A stretch of DNA of 63,529 nt, the filler included, from Choristocarpus tenellus KU-1152 (Eukaryota > Protista > Phaeophyceae): NCBI GenBank assembly GCA_964200185.2. It is 10 parts of 10 records of this genome, joined end to end, with 100 filler letters (N's around TTAATTAATTAA, not from the genome) between each part and the next. Parts side by side here need not be neighbours in the genome. Positions count along the whole stretch, not along the records: positions 56,272 to 63,529 come from CAXNAD020006445.1; 9 more parts are not named here. One strand, given 5' to 3'. The notes under the pieces are model-generated. The model had not been told where the DNA came from. It did no database searches and saw only the letters and a list, made by a program, of their open reading frames with translations. Positions 59,762 to 63,529 of this stretch are shown in pieces; positions within the stretch are counted from its first letter, which is position 1; the number at the start of each line of letters is the position of its first letter. The translations under genes were made by a program, and so were the position numbers.

Positions 59762-61163
59762 CATACATACATACATACATACATACAAGGGGAAATACCT
59801 TTCTTCTGATCTATGATTTTTTTTTTGTGATTTTTTAAATGAAAATTAAACGCACACGATACAATCTTGTTTTTGGATAGATTTTTCTTTTGTTATCTTA
59901 TCACTTCTTCCTCTCTACTAACCATGTCAACATTTGTCAACATGTCCATCTCATTTATTTTTATATTTTTATTTTTATCATTCAAGACTCCTCCTGGACA
60001 GGGCTCAGGAAAACGACTTGCTGGGTGTTGGGAACGACCTCCCTCCTCTAAAGTGAGAGAGATGTTTTGTCAAATACGTTTTTGGGGGATATTCTTTGGA
60101 ATTTAGAGTCCGAGAACAGAGTTAATGTGATGCAATAGCTCCATTCTCAGCTGATTGTATGATAGGACAATTTTTTTGTAGGAAGGCATTTGTTGAATGC
60201 AATACCGGCTCTATTTTTGTGCGTGTAGGATTCTCTTGTATCTATGGTTTTGCTTATTTATATTTTCTTCTCTGGTGAAACGTGCAAACTCTTAGCAGAA
60301 ACAAAAATAATATTATCGAGCACCCCCTTAGCTCTGAGATGAGTTCTTCTTTTTGTTGTCTTGATACACTATTTTATTTATATTGAAACAAAGAAAATAA
60401 CTTTTTTTTCCCATAATTTAATAAATATGTATGAACTTAACCAATTTTTCTTCTGTTTTAATTTTTAGTTTGTAAGATTGATTCTTCGATGATTAAAAAT
60501 AACAATGTTCTTCTCATCCTTTTCCTTTTCTCACTTTGTTTATATTAAAGTCATGCTTCATTTTATTATCATCTCTTGTTTGAAGGATCGTATCTTTCCT
60601 TAGGATTTGTGATACCTGATTGTTTCATGTTCCAAGAAACAGATACTAAGAAAATGTTTGACATATTGTGTGCGTTTGTGAGAAAGACACTAATATGTGA
60701 GAAATACACTAATATTTCTTTTGAAGTAGGAAGACTGAACCCCCTAGTCTGTATGAATAGTTCGTTTCGGTCTAGTGTGAAAATGCCTCTTGACAAAAGA
60801 CATTTTATCAATATGTATTATTTTGTAACAATAGAAATACATATGTCTATATATATACTAAATGGTTTTTAGCTCAGTCTGGAGTAATTACCAACTAGTT
60901 CACACCATTGCAACAGAGGTATTGTGGACGTTATATTTCTCTAGGAATAGATGTTACTTTACCTCTCTCTGCTTTTGCTGGACTATTATTATTATTATTA
61001 TTTTTTATCTGTATCTTTTTTTGTCAATTAATTGTACCTATTTCTGTCCAGTGCGGCTGTTACCCTGGCGACCAAGGCCATGGCTTGTGATGGAGAATGG
61101 GGGGCGATAAGCAGACTCTTCCTCTCATTTGTAGATGTTGCAACTCCCAATACTCATGCCAAG
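57159..61163 (+). CDS. PPR-like helical-repeat protein, internal exons 57159-57290, 59987-60052, 61052-61163
   Basis: Three GC-richer islands with AG/GT borders splice in phase 2: SWRWALLVYKEALGRGIVGKPTLCAAIVALLACSS...ARLLLDRAQEN...NAAVTLATKAMACDGEWGAISRLFLSFVDVATPNTHAK. This gives a PPR-like W..AL....E....GI / G.W.....LF......PN pattern. Confidence 0.6.
58369..58830. repeat. 11-bp minisatellite (tttaaaca[t/c]ac)n
   Basis: Directly visible. Confidence 0.95.
58874..59314. mobile_element. Stowaway-like MITE with ~95-bp TIRs; an extra left-end copy lies at 58217-58310
   Basis: ta|cttcctctgtcccata...tatgggacagagggag matches the Stowaway terminus CTCCCTCCGT. The TIR extends through gatgacctccga...ttggattcct. 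Confidence 0.8.
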
Positions 61164-61657
61164 GTGTGTCATCAATGTATCATGTATCACATCATACAGA
61201 GGGATTTTATGTGAAGTTTTCAGGTCATGTGGACGTATGAATATATATATCATATATATATATCATATATATATGATATTGATATGATATTGATATGATA
61301 TTGATATGGTTGATTGGTTGGTTGTATGCTCGGTGGAATGGGTGGAAGGATCTGGATAGATGAGTGGGGGGTTTTGTTGAGTGGTTGGCGTTGGGGGTGT
61401 GGTGGGTTGGGCATTAAGAATTGTTCTTTTTTTGAGGATATGCAGGATGAGTGAGATTGACATTGTGAGTGATGGTCTATAAAGAGGGGATGGGCTTTTT
61501 TTTATGATTTATGGTAAGATGAATTGGTCCAGCCAAGTAGAAGATTATTTTGAATCGGACACTTCCTACTGCTGTATATTGAAGAATATTATGTATGATT
61601 TTTTTTCAATATTCTCGACTACTTTATATTCTGAAGATGCATTCATGTGCGGATACG

Positions 61658-62057
61658 AAATATTCACATATATAATATTCACATATAAAATATTCACATA
61701 TACAATATTCGCATATAAAATATTCACATATAAAATATTCGTGTATAAAATATTCACATATAAAATATTCGCGTATAAAATATTCACATATAAAATATTC
61801 ACATATAAAATATTCGCGTATAAAATATTCACATATAAAATATTCGCGTATAAAATATTCACATATAAAATATTCACATATAAAATATTCACATATAAAA
61901 TATTCGCGTATAAAATATTCACATATAAAATATTCACATATAAAATATTCACATATAAAATATTTACATACAAAATATTCACATATAAAATATTCACATA
62001 TAAAATATTCACATATAAAATATTTACATACAAAATATTCACATACAATACATTCAC
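61658..62057. repeat. 15-bp minisatellite (aaatattcacatata)n
   Basis: Directly visible; it generates the spurious YKIFT/NILYV ORFs. Confidence 0.97.
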
Positions 62058-62336
62058 GGTAGGATGTTTATTTTTGTGCGGAATAGTTTTTGATCGAGAC
62101 CACGATAGTTAAAAAATGTCCTGGGCATTTTTTTTCTTTTTTTGTTCTGTGGTATGCGTGTGAAAAGGTTAGTGTTAGGGTTAGGGTATATTTTATTAAT
62201 ATTTTACGAAAGACCTAGGGTGAGCGCCTCAACAGTACTATTAACACGATAATAATAATAATAATAATAATAGTAATAATAATACCAATAAGAAAATTGC
62301 ATATTTGCAAGGTCATATTGCACTCGATATCACATA

Positions 62337-62520
62337 CTACAGTTTCCCTTTTGTGATATATTTCAATACAAATTACTCTTGTGATATATTTCAATACAGT
62401 TTCCCTTTTGTGATATATTTCAATACAAATTACTCTTGTGATATATTTCAATACAGTTTCCCTTGTGTGATATATTTCAATACAAATTACTCTTGTGATA
62501 CATTTCAATACAAATTACTC
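62337..62520. repeat. 57-bp tandem repeat, three copies
   Basis: tacagtttcccttttgtgatatatttcaatacaaattactcttgtgatatatttcaa repeated. Confidence 0.95.
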
Positions 62521-63529
62521 CGATCGACTAGTTTGTACTTCATCGGAAGGAACAGTTGTTACACCATTGATTGAGGTTGCTCTGTAGTGCTACCATCCCT
62601 TAAAGACTCTTTTGCCCTTTTCTGATACCTCTTACCACATGCTGGCCATATTGCATTCGTGCAATACAACCAATGCTCCCTCAGCCAGCCTTGTACCTCT
62701 TGTGTAATACAAATATTTAATACCATGATCAATGTATCAACCACTTGCACACACTATCAATAATGAAACTGACACTATCAAGTAGGAACAAGTGTACCGT
62801 GTTATTGTTGGGGGAGACTCTTGTTTTTGATGTAACTGAAGTTGTTTCTTTTATGTTTGTTTTTTTTTGGGGGGGGGCGGGGGGGGGGAGAGTAAACAAC
62901 CAAAATGGGATTGCTGGACCCAACTCACAGGAAGCAAGGCAGGAATGGAGGCAATATAAGTAGCCATAGAGCAACAGGTAGTCAGTATAATTAGGGTTCA
63001 GTATAGTTAGGGTGTTATTCATCAGTGGAAGAGAACAAAATTTATCGCCTTTTTTACCCACCCGGCAACATTTTATTATTAATACTATTACTTTCAACAT
63101 TTTATGTTGAAATTATTATTACCATTGCTACTACTACTACCCCTGCTGCTGCTATTATTATTGCTGCTGTTGCTATTATCGCTACTACTGCTCTTTCATA
63201 CGAAACAGACCCGGCTTTCATTTTTTTTTTTGTGATAGAACGGACAAGACATCGACGGCAATGCATGTGTGTGGTCCCTTTCTCTTTATTTTTATTTTTA
63301 TTTTTATTTTTATTTTTCTCCTTGCGCTCACATCCAGCACGTGAAATAGGATTCCATTTTTTTGAAGGCGGTACAGTATGATGTAAAAGTAAGAATAAAA
63401 ACACGGATGGTATATCTGCTGTGTGTTCATTTTACTGCTAGGGGGGGGGGGGGGGGGGGGGAAGGGAAAAGTGTTAAAACAATCTGCCCCCCCCTGATAA
63501 AATAAAAAAACGGCCAAAAAAAAAAAAAA

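Noticed and set aside
61504-62112. 202-aa and 163-aa ORFs of YKIFT / NILYV repeats on opposite strands
   Set aside because: By-product of a stop-free 15-bp minisatellite in non-coding DNA.

Overview
This window is not one locus. It is ten short eukaryotic contigs joined by artificial N-TTAATTAATTAA-N linkers (all-frame stops) at about 4564-4663, 8212-8311, 17061-17160, 21235-21334, 27643-27742, 34513-34612, 38491-38590, 52698-52797 and 56172-56271. The DNA is intron-rich and repeat-rich, has scattered TTAGGG motifs and encodes a flagellar IFT gene. This is consistent with a stramenopile/ochrophyte alga, although that assignment is inference. Spliced gene models recovered by hand are: pyridoxamine 5'-phosphate oxidase (3' part), IFT54/TRAF3IP1 (5' part), a YME1/FtsH4-type AAA protease (3' part), a TKL-type kinase C-terminal part with two in-frame stops, a large REJ/GPS multi-TM (polycystin-1-like) receptor, a PPR-like gene and two unknown genes. 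Mobile DNA includes an abundant ~260-bp MITE family and a sister family sharing the terminal core G-N4-AAAGTATCT, a Stowaway-like MITE, a decayed mariner interrupted by a solo LTR, and decayed Zisupton/KDZ-like and other transposase fragments. The most interesting signals are (1) an apparent GA-AG intron plus two probable GC-AG introns, all with a G-x-AAGA donor; (2) the two-family MITE system with 3-4 bp TSDs, including a nested insertion; (3) telomeric hexamers written into transposon termini. Most supplied ORFs are spurious because the genes are spliced.
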